Positions 9,886-21,470 are shown, counted from the stretch's first letter. The stretch is DNA of 64,000 bases from Candidatus Oxydemutatoraceae bacterium (GCA_965218975.1 OZ244717.1:544001-608000); one strand, 5' to 3'. Numbers and translations are program-made. The notes: generated from the letters alone by a model not told the origin.

Positions 9886-10227
9886 TTATGCTTCAAATAA
9901 TTGATCGGTCTTTGCCGCCATTACAAAATCATTCTCATGTAGCCCCTTCACTTTACGGCTCCACCAAATTACAGTCACTTTACCCCATTCAACAACGATT
10001 GCGGGGTGATGCCCTTCAGATTCGGCAAGTGCGCCGACTTGGCCGGCAAAACGCATCGCCGCCACGAAGTCTTTAACCGAATATTGTTTTTGCAAACGCT
10101 TGATATTTTCCACTTTGATCAAGTCCCATCCCGGAACTTGCGGTGATAACTGTTTAATTCGCTCTTCAGTTATTTGAGGCGCCCCGACTCGACAGGCTTC
10201 ACAACGTTGCTCATTTAGCTTAGTCAT
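9886..10227 (-). CDS. phhB: Pterin-4-alpha-carbinolamine dehydratase
   Basis: CEAC, AESEGHHP, GLHENDFVMAAKTD. Confidence 0.93.
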   Translation of the reverse strand: MTKLNEQRCEACRVGAPQITEERIKQLSPQVPGWDLIKVENIKRLQKQYSVKDFVAAMRFAGQVGALAESEGHHPAIVVEWGKVTVIWWSRKVKGLHENDFVMAAKTDQLFEA

Positions 10228-10355
10228 ATTACATTACTCCTGTTGGCATTAGCATAGGTACAATCATAACGTGCGGCAACCATGCCCGGCAGCGCTATAC
10301 CAATATCAATATAAATCAAATACTTCCGCCCGACACCAAATTTCTTCCGGCTAAA

Positions 10356-10481
10356 ATACTAGATATAGGATACTTCTGCAACCTCTCTGAATTCTTATAG
10401 AACTCATCAATGTTGATTTATCAACGCTTCAGATTTATTTAAAGTCATTTCTTGACACCGGCTGATAACTATATATAGTGC
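10356..10481 (+). promoter_or_regulatory. nrdAB promoter with NrdR boxes
   Basis: TTGACA (10452-10457) + 16 bp + TATAGT (10474-10479). NrdR-box-like palindrome taaCTATATATAGtgc (10466-10481) overlaps the -10; a second box ataCTAGATATAGgat lies at 10356-10371. Confidence 0.72.
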
Positions 10482-10616
10482 TCCTAAAACATAATATACA
10501 TATATACTAAGCGTGATCTTGACTAGGTTTACCATATTCGTTAATTGATGGCACCGGTTTCAAGACGACTAAAAGACCGGATAGGACGCTTGTTGACAAA
10601 TTAGGAGGAAGAATTA

Positions 10617-13514
10617 ATGAGCAGTGCCGACACAACGGAGTTGCACCAACCGACATCGGGTACCGACCCCAATAATCACAGCCAATTCCCGCATGCGACA
10701 GATACCGAGCTATTGATTGCCGCACCGAGCGAAGGGAAATACCGCGTTATCCGCCGCAACGGTAAAGTTACCGTATTCGATGAAAACAAAATCAAATTTG
10801 CAGTAATGAAAGCATTCCTTGCGGTTGAGCAGGACAGCGCGGTCACTTCGCGTCGTATTCACGATATTGCAGAGAACCTAACCAAACAAGTGGTATATGC
10901 CTTGCAACGTAGTCGCCCCGAAGGTGGTATTTTCCATATTGAGGACATTCAAGACTATGTTGAGCTCGCGCTGATGCGCAATGGCCACCATCAAGTGGCC
11001 CGTTCTTACGTCTTGTATCGCGAAGAACATGCCAAACAACGAAAAGAAGCCGGTACCGCCGAAGGCAAAAAGCAGGTTGATGCCGCAAAATTCAATGTCG
11101 TGATGAAGGATTCCAGCCGAAAACCGCTGAATCTTGAGCGTATAAAAAAAGTGATCAACGAAGCATGTAAAGATACGGATGACGTTGAATCGCGTTTGGT
11201 TATCGAAGAGTTTCTACGCAATATTTTCGACGGAATATCTGAAAAAGATGTCGGCACCGCATTGGTTATGAGTGCGCGCACCTTGATTGAAAAGGAACCA
11301 AACTACACCTATGTTTCCGCCCGTTTGCTCCTTGATCAACTGCGCAGAGAAACTTTGTCTTTCTTATCCGGACGGTTTGATGAAGCCACAGCGACGGAAA
11401 TGAGTAAACGTTATCCCGAATACTTCAAGAAGTGCATTCACCGAGCGGCGGAACTTAGGCTACTAGACTCAAAACTTGCTAATGAATATGATTTGGACAA
11501 AATCGGGAAAGCGATCAAACCCGACCGCGATCACCGGTTCACTTATCTTGCGATGCAAACATTATACGATCGCTACTTTATTCACTTTCAGTCGCATCGC
11601 ATTGAACTACCCCAAGCATTTTTCATGCGCGTGGCAATGGGGCTTGCAATCAATGAAATCAATTGCAACACCCGCGCGATTGAGTTTTATAATTTATTGT
11701 CATCATTTGATTTTCTCAGCTCGACACCTACATTGTTTAATTCGGGTACTTTGCGCCCGCAGCTATCGTCGTGTTATTTGACAACTGTCGCAGATAATTT
11801 ACATAGCATTTTCAGCGCTATCCAAGACAACGCAATGCTATCAAAATTCGCCGGCGGTCTAGGTAACGATTGGTCGCGAGTGCGCGCAATGAAATCACAT
11901 ATCAAAGGTACCAACGGTGAATCGCAGGGAATTGTCCCGTTCCTAAAAGTTGCCAATGATACCGCTGTTGCGGTCAACCAGGGAGGCAAACGCAAAGGCG
12001 CGGTTTGCGCTTATTTAGAAACTTGGCATTTAGACATTCTTGAGTTCATTGAGTTGCGCAAAAACACCGGCGATGATCGCCGTCGCACACACGATATGAA
12101 TACCGCCAACTGGGTCCCCGACTTATTCATGAAACGCGTGGCGAATGACGGAAAATGGACGCTGTTCTCTCCCGACGAAACTTCCGATTTGCACGACTTA
12201 TACGGTGCGGCGTTTGAGCGGCGTTACACCGAATACGAAGCGATGGCGGAACAAGGCAGAATAAAAAATTCCACTCAGATGAAAGCCAACGATCTGTGGC
12301 GCAAAATGCTCAATATGGTGTACGAAACCGGTCATCCGTGGATGACATTCAAAGACCCGTGCAATCTGCGTTCGCCTCAGCAACACAATGGCACCATTCA
12401 TTCATCTAACTTGTGCACTGAGATAACTCTCAACACATCGGACGATGAAATCGCAGTATGCAACTTAGGCTCAATCAATTTTTCCACGCATGTCAATGCA
12501 AACGGCTTAATGACGGATAAGATTGAGAAAACCATCACGACCGCAATGCGTATGTTGGATAATGTGATTGGCTATAATTACTATAGTGTTGATAAAGCGC
12601 GCACCTCCAACTTACGCCATCGTCCGGTCGGGCTAGGCGTGATGGGATTCCAAGACGCACTGTATAAGCTGCGGATACCTTACGCATCGGAGGAAGCTGT
12701 TGAATTTGCCGATCGCTCAATGGAGGCTGTCAGCTATTTTGCGATCAAAGCTTCTAATCAGTTAGCACGTGAACGCGGCGCTTACTCGAGCTTTAGCGGA
12801 TCGCTCTGGGATCAAGGCATCTTGCCGATTGATTCAGTCGCCAAGCTAAAAGAATATCGCGGAGATTATCTTGACTTGGACATGTCCCAGACCTTAAATT
12901 GGGATATCCTGCGCGAAGATATTAAACATTACGGGTTACGTAATTCAAACACATTGGCAATTGCGCCGACCGCAACTATTTCTAATATTTGCGGTGTGTC
13001 GCAAAGCATTGAACCTACGTTTCAAAATTTATTTGTCAAGTCCAACTTATCCGGTGAGTTTACCGTGGTAAACCCTTACTTGGTTAAAGATCTTAAAAAA
13101 TTGGGTATCTGGGACGAAGTAATGGTCAATGACCTGAAATACTATGACGGCAGCGTCGCCAATATTGATCGTATTCCGCAGGAACTCAAGGAGCTGTTCG
13201 CCACAGCGTTTGAAATAGACCCTCGCTGGTTGGTTGAAGCCGCAGCGCGGCGTCAAAAGTGGATTGATCAATCGCAATCGCTCAACTTGTACATGAACGA
13301 ACCGTCCGGCAAAAAAATAGACTCTTTGTATAAGCTGGCCTGGCTAAGAGGCCTCAAAACAACTTACTACTTGCGCTCTGTCGCGGCAACTCATGTTGAG
13401 AAAAGCACGCTTGAAGGACGCAACAATCAATTAAACGCGGTCAAACTCAACAGTCAAGATAAAGATGCCGCCGCATGCTCAATCCTTGATCCCGAATGCG
13501 AGGTATGTCAATAA
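10617..13514 (+). CDS. nrdA: Class Ia ribonucleotide reductase alpha subunit with two N-terminal ATP cones
   Basis: VIRRNG and VVMKDS cones, TPTLFNSG, SSCYL, SSNLCTEI, LKTTYYLR, C-terminal CEVCQ. Confidence 0.98.
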   Translation: MSSADTTELHQPTSGTDPNNHSQFPHATDTELLIAAPSEGKYRVIRRNGKVTVFDENKIKFAVMKAFLAVEQDSAVTSRRIHDIAENLTKQVVYALQRSRPEGGIFHIEDIQDYVELALMRNGHHQVARSYVLYREEHAKQRKEAGTAEGKKQVDAAKFNVVMKDSSRKPLNLERIKKVINEACKDTDDVESRLVIEEFLRNIFDGISEKDVGTALVMSARTLIEKEPNYTYVSARLLLDQLRRETLSFLSGRFDEATATEMSKRYPEYFKKCIHRAAELRLLDSKLANEYDLDKIGKAIKPDRDHRFTYLAMQTLYDRYFIHFQSHRIELPQAFFMRVAMGLAINEINCNTRAIEFYNLLSSFDFLSSTPTLFNSGTLRPQLSSCYLTTVADNLHSIFSAIQDNAMLSKFAGGLGNDWSRVRAMKSHIKGTNGESQGIVPFLKVANDTAVAVNQGGKRKGAVCAYLETWHLDILEFIELRKNTGDDRRRTHDMNTANWVPDLFMKRVANDGKWTLFSPDETSDLHDLYGAAFERRYTEYEAMAEQGRIKNSTQMKANDLWRKMLNMVYETGHPWMTFKDPCNLRSPQQHNGTIHSSNLCTEITLNTSDDEIAVCNLGSINFSTHVNANGLMTDKIEKTITTAMRMLDNVIGYNYYSVDKARTSNLRHRPVGLGVMGFQDALYKLRIPYASEEAVEFADRSMEAVSYFAIKASNQLARERGAYSSFSGSLWDQGILPIDSVAKLKEYRGDYLDLDMSQTLNWDILREDIKHYGLRNSNTLAIAPTATISNICGVSQSIEPTFQNLFVKSNLSGEFTVVNPYLVKDLKKLGIWDEVMVNDLKYYDGSVANIDRIPQELKELFATAFEIDPRWLVEAAARRQKWIDQSQSLNLYMNEPSGKKIDSLYKLAWLRGLKTTYYLRSVAATHVEKSTLEGRNNQLNAVKLNSQDKDAAACSILDPECEVCQ

Positions 13515-13539
13515 CTCGGTACTTTAATAGGAGGTTATT

Positions 13540-14715
13540 ATGGAACTAACATGGGATGACCCACTGATTCAAATCAAGCAGAAGCAGGATAGTCGGTCAA
13601 TATCCGACCACAGCAAGATTGGCGACTCTCCCGCAGTACCTGCTATTATCAATCAATCCGGTATAACCGGCTTGGAAAATATAGAAATGGGGGCCGCGCG
13701 GGTACATGTTGATAACAAACAAATCATTAACTGCCGCGCCGACCTCAATCAACTTGTTCCGTTTAAGTATAAGTGGGCGTGGGATAAATATCTGCGTGCA
13801 TGCAATAACCATTGGATGCCTCAAGAAATTAATATGGCTGCCGATGTTAAGTTATGGAAGGATGAAAACAGCCTGAGTGAAGACGAACGTCGTATTGTTA
13901 AACGCAACTTAGGTTTTTTTTCAACTGCAGATTCATTGGTTGCAAACAATCTTGTGTTGGCAGTCTATCGTCACATTACCAACCCGGAATGCCGGCAGTA
14001 TTTGTTAAGGCAAGCTTTTGAAGAAGCGGTGCATACCCATGCTTATCAATATTGCATTGAAGCGCTGGGGTTGGATGAATCCGAAATATTCAATATGTAC
14101 CGCGAACTTCCTTCGGTCGCCCGTAAAGCAGAATGGGCATTGCCTTATACGCAAAGTATTAGCGATCCGAACTTTAAAACCGGGACTCTCGAAAACGACC
14201 AACGCCTGTTACGTGATTTGATCGCCTTTTATGTGGTGTTTGAAGGCATTTTCTTCTATGTCGGTTTCACGCAAATTTTATCCATGGGTCGCAGAAACAA
14301 GATGACAGGTGTCGCCGAACAATTTCAATATATCTTGCGCGATGAATCAATGCACATGAACTTCGGCATTGATGTGATCAATCAGATTAAAGTGGAAAAC
14401 CCGCATCTTTGGACTGAAGAATTCAAACAGCAAATTACGGAAATTATTCTCAGCGGAGTGGACTTCGAAAAACAATATGCGGAGGATACAATACCGCACG
14501 GTATGTTGGGAATGAATGCTAATCTATTTAAAGACTATGTCGAATACATTGCCAACCGCCGTTTCAGTCAAATTGGTTTGCCTAGACAATTTCCGATCAA
14601 AGCGGAGAGCCCATTCCCATGGATGTCTGAAATCGTCGACTTGAAAAAAGAAAAGAACTTTTTTGAGACACGCGTAACCGAATATCAAACCGGCGGCGCA
14701 TTGGAATGGAATTAA
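13540..14715 (+). CDS. nrdB: Class Ia ribonucleotide reductase beta subunit
   Basis: EEAVHTHAY (radical Tyr retained), [23 protein letters not shown]. Confidence 0.98.
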   Translation: MELTWDDPLIQIKQKQDSRSISDHSKIGDSPAVPAIINQSGITGLENIEMGAARVHVDNKQIINCRADLNQLVPFKYKWAWDKYLRACNNHWMPQEINMAADVKLWKDENSLSEDERRIVKRNLGFFSTADSLVANNLVLAVYRHITNPECRQYLLRQAFEEAVHTHAYQYCIEALGLDESEIFNMYRELPSVARKAEWALPYTQSISDPNFKTGTLENDQRLLRDLIAFYVVFEGIFFYVGFTQILSMGRRNKMTGVAEQFQYILRDESMHMNFGIDVINQIKVENPHLWTEEFKQQITEIILSGVDFEKQYAEDTIPHGMLGMNANLFKDYVEYIANRRFSQIGLPRQFPIKAESPFPWMSEIVDLKKEKNFFETRVTEYQTGGALEWN

Positions 14716-14750
14716 TAAGCATCGGCGCAAACAGCTTTGACTAATCTTAG

Positions 14751-15877
14751 TGTACGTGTCCAATACATTCCGGACAAATGAGGCCGGGTAAATAGAGCGG
14801 CTGCCGGGCAATGACTTGATACGGGGTCATGTAGTTTAATCCCCGCATGTAGTTTAATCCCCGGTGGGGGCGCTCACCGTTGTAGCGCTGCAAGTAATCA
14901 ATCATCTGCCGGTTAAACTCACCGATGTTTTCAAGCAATAACGCTTCCCGATAGTCGATAAACTCTTCCTGGACCGTACGGTTGAAGCGTTCGTTATAAG
15001 CATTCATCTTGGGGCACCCGGGTAAGTATAGCAGTGGCGGATCTTTCGTTGCCGAAGGTATTGATTGAATGCGCCTTGGAACTCACTGCTGTTGTCGGTC
15101 GATACTTGCTCGATTTTGCCCGGCAAGACTGTTTGCACCAAGGCGACAAACCGAGCCGCTTGGGCGCTATTGCCACGAGGCACTGCCGCCGCGAAGGCAA
15201 AGTGGCTTGAATGATCCGTTGCGGTCGGAATATAGCGTCGGCTGCCTTCGATAAAACGGATAATAGTATCGAAAGCAACACAGTGTCCGACATGCCTCGC
15301 ACCGGCTTTGCTATTCAGACGCGGGCGTGGCGGCTTACGTCGCAACGGGTTAGCTTGACCTTTGCGGTCCAAGCGCTGCAGTGAGCAACGCATCCGATCC
15401 GGGGCATCTGAAATCAAGCGCCCGATCGTCGTCGCACTCGGACACAACAGACCTTGCTTGCGGCACCACGGCAAGAGCAACACATAAATCTTATCCCGTC
15501 CCTAGTGGGGTATCTTAGGCGCAGACGACGGATTTCCCGGATCAGGGTTTGCGGCCAGACCCGCTGCTGGCGTTTACGCGGCGTTCTACTGCGGTCGTGC
15601 AAACTGCTCAACCCTCCCTGCCGATAGGCCAGGCGCCATGCATACAGCGTCGAACGACTGACCTTGAACGCATCCAGGGTTGCATCTAGTCCGTGTTTCC
15701 CCCAAAATAATAGGGCATCATATTTCTGTTGAAGCTTAGAGTGCTCATGAGCCTCTATTTTTGAAGCAAAATTGGCTCATATAGAAACCTTTGATGCGGT
15801 GGCCGATGTGCTGATATTGCATGTCGGTCACCTTTTTATTGACGTCCAAGAATCCAGTATGTATCTGGACACGTACA
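14751..15877 (-). mobile_element. Full-length IS481-family element with frameshifted transposase
   Basis: Terminal inverted repeats TGTACGTGTCCA(-/G)ATACAT at 14751 and 15877. Transposase split over several frames (HCVAFDT, TDNSSEF, NAYNERFNRTVQEE, YNGERPH). Confidence 0.92.
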
Positions 15878-16395
15878 TGATACCCAGGTTCTCTTTACGT
15901 AACATTTGCCTTGTCGGCATAATTACCTGTAGCGGAGCTTTAGCATTTGCCTATTGGTATTTGGAGCGGCATCTCGGTCTGACGCCTTGCCCTCTGTGCA
16001 TTTTTGACCGCGCCGTAATTGCCGTGCTCGCCGGATGTTTTTTCATCGCTCTGATGCATCAACCTGCGCGGATGGGACAGCGGATATATGCAGGAATTAT
16101 TTTGGCGTTTAGCATGCTAGGAATTGCTCTCGCCGGCAGACATATCCACTTACAGAACCTGCCGCCGGAAGCAACGCCTGATTGCTTGCCTGATCTAGGG
16201 TATATGCTGGAAAAGTTTTCTCCGGTCGAAGTTATTCAAACAGTGTTCAATAGCACGAGAGAATGTACGGAAATCGATTGGACATTTCTTGGACTAACCA
16301 TCCCGCAACAAACATTACTGGTATTCATTCTGCTGATGATTTTCGGTGTAGCGCTGGGGCTGGCCCGAGGCAAAACATCCGCAGCATCGCATTAA
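15877..16395 (+). CDS. dsbB: Disulfide bond formation protein B
   Basis: [11 protein letters not shown] motif, four TM segments, second Cys pair. The first 35 residues of the ORF-track call lie inside the IS. Confidence 0.93.
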   Translation: MIPRFSLRNICLVGIITCSGALAFAYWYLERHLGLTPCPLCIFDRAVIAVLAGCFFIALMHQPARMGQRIYAGIILAFSMLGIALAGRHIHLQNLPPEATPDCLPDLGYMLEKFSPVEVIQTVFNSTRECTEIDWTFLGLTIPQQTLLVFILLMIFGVALGLARGKTSAASH

Positions 16396-17378
16396 ACGTT
16401 TGTCAAGCTCGGCAGTTGCCAACGCGGATATATTTGCGGGAAATCGGCGCCTCGTCGGGTATAGCGGAACAATCCCGCATAAGCAATCATCACCCCGTTA
16501 TCCGTGCATAATTCATGCTGAGGGAAAAAAACTTCGGCAGGCAGTTTAGAAAGAGCCTGACGAAGGGAAATATTAGCGCTCACTCCTCCTGCCGAAGCAA
16601 GATGCCGCACCCTAGTTTGTTCAAGGGCGTAACGGCACTTAGTCACCAGTGTTTCAATAATGGCTTCTTCAAAAGCAAGCGCGATGTCAGCTTTTGTTTG
16701 GGGGTCCGAAGGGCCATTTTGCACTGTGCGGAGTACACAAGTTTTCAGCCCGCTGAAACTAAAATCTAATCCTTTGTCCAACATCGGACGCGGGAACTGA
16801 AACCGACCGCTGCGACCCTGCTGTGCGAGCCGTTCAATCTCGGGCCCGCCCGGATAAGGCAAACCCAACAGCTTTGCCGTTTTATCAAAAGCTTCCCCCG
16901 CCGCATCATCCAAGCTTTCTCCTAGTAAGGTATAACACCCTGGCTTTTTTACTAGTACCAATTGTGTATGGCCCCCGGAAACCAGCAATGCAACGAACGG
17001 CGGTTTCGGTGCCGGCGTGTTCAACTGCAAAGTAAGTAAATGCGCTTCCATATGATGAATCGCCAATGCCGGAACCTCCAACGCATATGCAATGCTGTGC
17101 GCAAACACTGCGCCGGTTAACAAAGCGCTTGCCAAACCGGGACCTGCGGTATAAGCAACCGCATCGATATCTTGAATACGTGTCTTCGCAATTGCTTGAC
17201 GAATCAACGGAATCAATCGGCAAGCATGGTCGCGTGATGCCAGCTCCGGCACCACGCCTCCATAAGGTTGATGCAATTCGACTTGGCTGAATAACGACTG
17301 ACCAATAATACCTTGCTCTGAATCAACCAGACCGATACCGGTTTCGTCGCAGGAAGTTTCGATGCCTAATATGCGCAT
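16392..17378 (-). CDS. tsaD: tRNA N6-adenosine threonylcarbamoyltransferase
   Basis: [44 protein letters not shown]. Confidence 0.98.
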   Translation of the reverse strand: MRILGIETSCDETGIGLVDSEQGIIGQSLFSQVELHQPYGGVVPELASRDHACRLIPLIRQAIAKTRIQDIDAVAYTAGPGLASALLTGAVFAHSIAYALEVPALAIHHMEAHLLTLQLNTPAPKPPFVALLVSGGHTQLVLVKKPGCYTLLGESLDDAAGEAFDKTAKLLGLPYPGGPEIERLAQQGRSGRFQFPRPMLDKGLDFSFSGLKTCVLRTVQNGPSDPQTKADIALAFEEAIIETLVTKCRYALEQTRVRHLASAGGVSANISLRQALSKLPAEVFFPQHELCTDNGVMIAYAGLFRYTRRGADFPQIYPRWQLPSLTNV

Positions 17379-17382
17379 TGCA

Positions 17383-17943
17383 TCAATATAATGAGCGCAG
17401 GACCACTAGCAATAGATACAAACCAAATAGCGCAATCATAATGCTGAAGTCGACAGGACCGGTGATGGATAAACTTCGCCTTATCGGTTGCAGCAATGGT
17501 TCGGCCAGCTCATGCAATAAGACAAACAATGCATTGTTCGTACGCTGAATCGGGGAAATAAACCAGCTACTAATTGCGATAATAATCAACACAAAGATAT
17601 AAATATGTATAACGGTTTGTGCCAGTTGGATTATCCCGACGAGTAATAATTGTTCAAATGGGATTATTCCTTTACGGATCAAAATCAAAAATCCCGACTC
17701 GCTAACTTTGACAATATACGCAAACAACCAACACGATAAATCCACTCGTCCCACTGTCGGCAGAAACTGGCGTAGCACCGATAAAGGCCTTTCGGTCAAA
17801 CGAAAAATGAATTGCGATAGAGGGTTATAAAAACTCGCTTGAACAAATGTCAGCATGGCGCGTAATATCAGTACCAATGCGTAAATAGAAAATAAAGTCT
17901 CAGTTATAAATAACATGAGATTTTGCGCAATATTAGAACCCAC
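17383..17943 (-). CDS. yggT: YggT-family membrane protein
   Basis: Two YGGT-like halves ([14 protein letters not shown]; EPLLQPIRR...DFS); follows proC. Confidence 0.9.
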   Translation of the reverse strand: MGSNIAQNLMLFITETLFSIYALVLILRAMLTFVQASFYNPLSQFIFRLTERPLSVLRQFLPTVGRVDLSCWLFAYIVKVSESGFLILIRKGIIPFEQLLLVGIIQLAQTVIHIYIFVLIIIAISSWFISPIQRTNNALFVLLHELAEPLLQPIRRSLSITGPVDFSIMIALFGLYLLLVVLRSLY

Positions 17944-18796
17944 GATCTGCCCGATTAGTTGAGTGTGACCGGCTTACTTCATTAGCAAGGCTTACTTCAT
18001 TAGCAATTTGCGTGCAACGTTCGGTCGCCGCTTGCAAAGCGCGCTTGAAAATCGCAGGAAGATTCTCCTGTTCAAATATTGCCAACGCTTGCTCGGTTGT
18101 GCCGCCTTTTGAAGTCACGCGATCGCATAATTCGCTTAAATTCACTGTACTCTCACGCGCGTAAGCCGCCGCACCCAACGCAGTTTGTACTACCAGCCGT
18201 TTTGCCAAATCATGCGTCATACCGGATGCCATTACCGCGTCTTGCAGCGTTTGTAAAAAATAGAAAAAATAAGCCGGGCCGCTGCCGGATAATGCCGTTA
18301 CTTGCTCCATTAGCGTTTCGTCTGTCAACCACGCAACTTCTCCGACTGCAGCAAAGATTTCCTCCGTCGCAGCACGTTGCGCAGGCAACACTCCTTCAGC
18401 CGCGCACAACACACTCATCCCTTGTCCGACCGCAATCGGCAAATTAGGCATGCATCGGATAACGATCGTTGACGATGTCCATTTCTGAATCATCTCCAAA
18501 CGAACACCCGCAGCAACTGAAACCAGCAATCGACCGTCTAATACAGAACAGATTTCCTTGCATACCGAACGTATATCATTCGGCTTGACACACAGTAAAA
18601 CAACTTCCGCAGAAGCAACCGCGTCCGCCGCTCGGGAACAAATGCTGATAGTCGGGTATTTGCTTCCGACCTGTTTACTTTGTTTAGGGTTAATATCGAA
18701 AATGTATAGATTGCGCAACGGGTCCGATATCCGCAATAAACCTTGCAGCAGACTCCTTGCCAGATTTCCCGCACCGATCAAAGCGATTTTCTTCAT
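17933..18796 (-). CDS. proC: Pyrroline-5-carboxylate reductase
   Basis: IGAGNLA, RCMPN, TALSGSGPAY, VTSKGGTT. ATG 18796 overlaps the plsY stop (ATGA). Confidence 0.96.
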   Translation of the reverse strand: MKKIALIGAGNLARSLLQGLLRISDPLRNLYIFDINPKQSKQVGSKYPTISICSRAADAVASAEVVLLCVKPNDIRSVCKEICSVLDGRLLVSVAAGVRLEMIQKWTSSTIVIRCMPNLPIAVGQGMSVLCAAEGVLPAQRAATEEIFAAVGEVAWLTDETLMEQVTALSGSGPAYFFYFLQTLQDAVMASGMTHDLAKRLVVQTALGAAAYARESTVNLSELCDRVTSKGGTTEQALAIFEQENLPAIFKRALQAATERCTQIANEVSLANEVSRSHSTNRADRGF

Positions 18797-19392
18797 TTTG
18801 CCCCCACTTTGTTTTCTTCGCCTGCCAATATTAAGCGAATATTTGTTTGATGTCTGACAATTAGCATCGCGGCCATCAGCATCATAACAACAGATAGAAA
18901 AAGTGATCCCGAGCTCCACCACGTTATCAACGGTGCGGCAATTCCCATAAAAATGTTAGCGAGCGAAACGTAACGCGTCGCCGCAATCACCAATAGCCAG
19001 ATACCCGCACAGATTAACGCAGTCTGCAGGTGCAAAGCAATTAAGCAACCCATTAATGTCGCACCCCCTTTCCCGCCGCGAAAACCATGATATAAAGGAA
19101 ACAAATGTCCGAGGAAAGCCGCTAAACCTACAAGCGTCAGTACCGATAGTTCAAGCCCGAGCTGCGTTGCTATACCAATCGGTACAATCGCCTTGAACAT
19201 ATCGCCGATCAAAGTCAAAAATCCTGCGGCCCAATGTCCATCGCGCGAAACATTGGTTGCGCCCGGGTTGCACGAATGCACGGCACGCGGGTCCGGCAAA
19301 CGCAATAGTGCGGATACAATAATTGCAAATGAAATAGAGCCGATAAGATAACCGGCAATAATTGCTATCGTGTTAATCCAATGTGACATCAA
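18793..19392 (-). CDS. plsY: Glycerol-3-phosphate acyltransferase
   Basis: GYLIGSIS, NPGATNV, GHLFP..GFRGGKG, RHQTNIR. Confidence 0.96.
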   Translation of the reverse strand: MMSHWINTIAIIAGYLIGSISFAIIVSALLRLPDPRAVHSCNPGATNVSRDGHWAAGFLTLIGDMFKAIVPIGIATQLGLELSVLTLVGLAAFLGHLFPLYHGFRGGKGGATLMGCLIALHLQTALICAGIWLLVIAATRYVSLANIFMGIAAPLITWWSSGSLFLSVVMMLMAAMLIVRHQTNIRLILAGEENKVGAK

Positions 19393-19435
19393 GATTTGTT
19401 TGTTTGATATTATGCATCACGCACTAAATTACGGA

Positions 19436-20209
19436 ATGTTTATTGAACGAACCGGGCAAGGTACCAATCTTTTTCTGATTCATGGCTGGGCAATGAATCG
19501 ACACTGCTGGAACCCACTGCGGGCGGAACTTCCGTCTCATTATCGCCTAAATACCATTGATTTACCCGGACATGGCAATAGTATCAATTGCACCGTATCC
19601 CTTGGTCAACCGCAAGCCTTAATCCGTGCATTGCTTGATATGGCACCGGATAATGCTATTTGGATTGGTTGGTCGTTAGGCGGATTGCTCGCTCAAATGG
19701 CGGCGGTCCGAGCACCCGATCAAATTCGCCGGCTAGTCAGCATCGGAATGGGGGCACGCTTTACCGCAACACATAATTGGTCTTCGGCAACTCCTCTCGC
19801 ACGAGTCGCGCAGATAAAAAGAAATTTAGCGGCTCATCCGTCACAAACTATGCATGACTTTATTGAAGCACAAATTGATTCGTGCCACTCCCAAGAAGAA
19901 GTACGTACACAACTGCAACGCATGATACAACCCCCTTTTGAATTGGAGGAAATACGGAATGGACTTGCTCTGCTTCAAACCGGCGATTGCAGAGCTGAAA
20001 TGTCGCAGTACCGAGGACAAGTTTTATATATCAGCGGCGCGAATGACATGATTTGCCCGCCGCTTTCCGTAAAACGAAGCGCCGCATTATGCCGCAATGG
20101 TCGTTTTGAAATCATTGCTAAAACGGGACATGCTCCTTTGCTCTCGCATCCCTTCCGGATTTCACAACTTTTGGAATCTTTACGCATAAAAGATGAACCG
20201 ATTAAATAA
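19436..20209 (+). CDS. bioH: Pimeloyl-ACP methyl ester esterase
   Basis: LIHGWAMN, DLPGHG, GWSLGG nucleophile, GHAPLLSHP; upstream of bioC. Start uncertain. Confidence 0.88.
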   Translation: MFIERTGQGTNLFLIHGWAMNRHCWNPLRAELPSHYRLNTIDLPGHGNSINCTVSLGQPQALIRALLDMAPDNAIWIGWSLGGLLAQMAAVRAPDQIRRLVSIGMGARFTATHNWSSATPLARVAQIKRNLAAHPSQTMHDFIEAQIDSCHSQEEVRTQLQRMIQPPFELEEIRNGLALLQTGDCRAEMSQYRGQVLYISGANDMICPPLSVKRSAALCRNGRFEIIAKTGHAPLLSHPFRISQLLESLRIKDEPIK

Positions 20210-21032
20210 ACGATTAATTCGCCAATCATTTGAGCGAGCCGCGAAACATTATGCGGCAGGTGCCGACCTGCAACGTTGTTTGGCAACGCGTTTAATTTCA
20301 TTCGCCAAACCTTACTTGTCCACACTACCAAAATCTGTTCAATTGCTTGACGCAGGTTGTGGTTGCGGAATTAACATCCCCATGCTGACAGAAACTTTTT
20401 CCGGCGCGCACTCCAACCATATTGTCGGTGTCGATATTGCCACCGCTATGCTACAGCAGGCAAAGAATCAAATAAGTACCGATACAACCGCGCCGGTAGC
20501 CGATCATACCGTCCGGTTTATTTGTGGCGATTTAGAGGCGTTACCGATTAAAAACGGCACGTTTGACGTAGTCTTCTCAACCGCCGCGTTGCAATGGTGT
20601 AATGACATTGCCTGCGTAATTCGAGAGTTCAGACGCGTATCTAATGCAGGCAGTCGGTTGTTAATTGCCACTTATGGACCCACAACTCTGTATGAATTAC
20701 ACAATAGTTGGCAAGGCATCGATCACCATCGACATACACTGGATTTCGTGTCAGTCAATCAACTGACACGCCATTGCGGTAACGAAGGATTCCGAATCCT
20801 GCACTGTAAGCAACAAAGGGAAGTGGTGCTGTACCCAAACGTCAAATCACTGCTCATCGCACTCAAAACTATCGGCGTTAAAAATTGCCGTAATGATCGC
20901 GCGCGCGGCTTGACGTCACCGACTTCGCTGCAAAAAATGATGAAAAATTATGTACGCCGCTATGGTCAATGCAACAAAAAAAGCATCCCGGCGAGCTATG
21001 AAATCATCCAATTAGTCGGGCAAGCCATTTAA
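20193..21032 (+). CDS. bioC: Malonyl-ACP O-methyltransferase
   Basis: SFERAAKHY, LDAGCGCG, ALQWC, GPTTLYEL, PASYEII. Confidence 0.9.
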   Translation: MNRLNKRLIRQSFERAAKHYAAGADLQRCLATRLISFAKPYLSTLPKSVQLLDAGCGCGINIPMLTETFSGAHSNHIVGVDIATAMLQQAKNQISTDTTAPVADHTVRFICGDLEALPIKNGTFDVVFSTAALQWCNDIACVIREFRRVSNAGSRLLIATYGPTTLYELHNSWQGIDHHRHTLDFVSVNQLTRHCGNEGFRILHCKQQREVVLYPNVKSLLIALKTIGVKNCRNDRARGLTSPTSLQKMMKNYVRRYGQCNKKSIPASYEIIQLVGQAI

Positions 21033-21470
21033 ATGATTAAAACTAAGGAAAATACGATATATGACAAACCGCAATCTGCATAAGTTCAGAAACTTTTGGC
21101 ACTCCTGCCGACAGAAGGAGAAGCCTTGCAGGTCCAACATTATAGGCTATCGAATTCGGGGGTTGTATAGTGCCAGATACATATGGGACTCACGGCACGA
21201 CTCGAAAAGGTGACCGACATGCAATATCAGCACATCGGCCACCGCATCAAAGGTTTCTATATAAGCCAATTTTGCTTCAAAAATAGAGGCTATTATGAAC
21301 ACAACGGCTCAACAGAAACACGATGCCCGGTTATTTTGGGAGGGTTGTAACTCCCGAACGCATTCAAGGTCGGTCGCAGCACTTTGTACCGCTGGCGCCG
21401 ACGTTATCGCCGTACTGGACTCAGCGCCTTGCATGACCGCGGCAAAGCGCCGCGCAAGAGGCGTCGGCGG

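Noticed and set aside
13540-14715. Tyrosyl-radical-free (class Ic) R2 subunit
   Set aside because: The radical-position Tyr (EAVHTHAY) and the first-ligand Asp (TADS) are retained, so this is ordinary class Ia.
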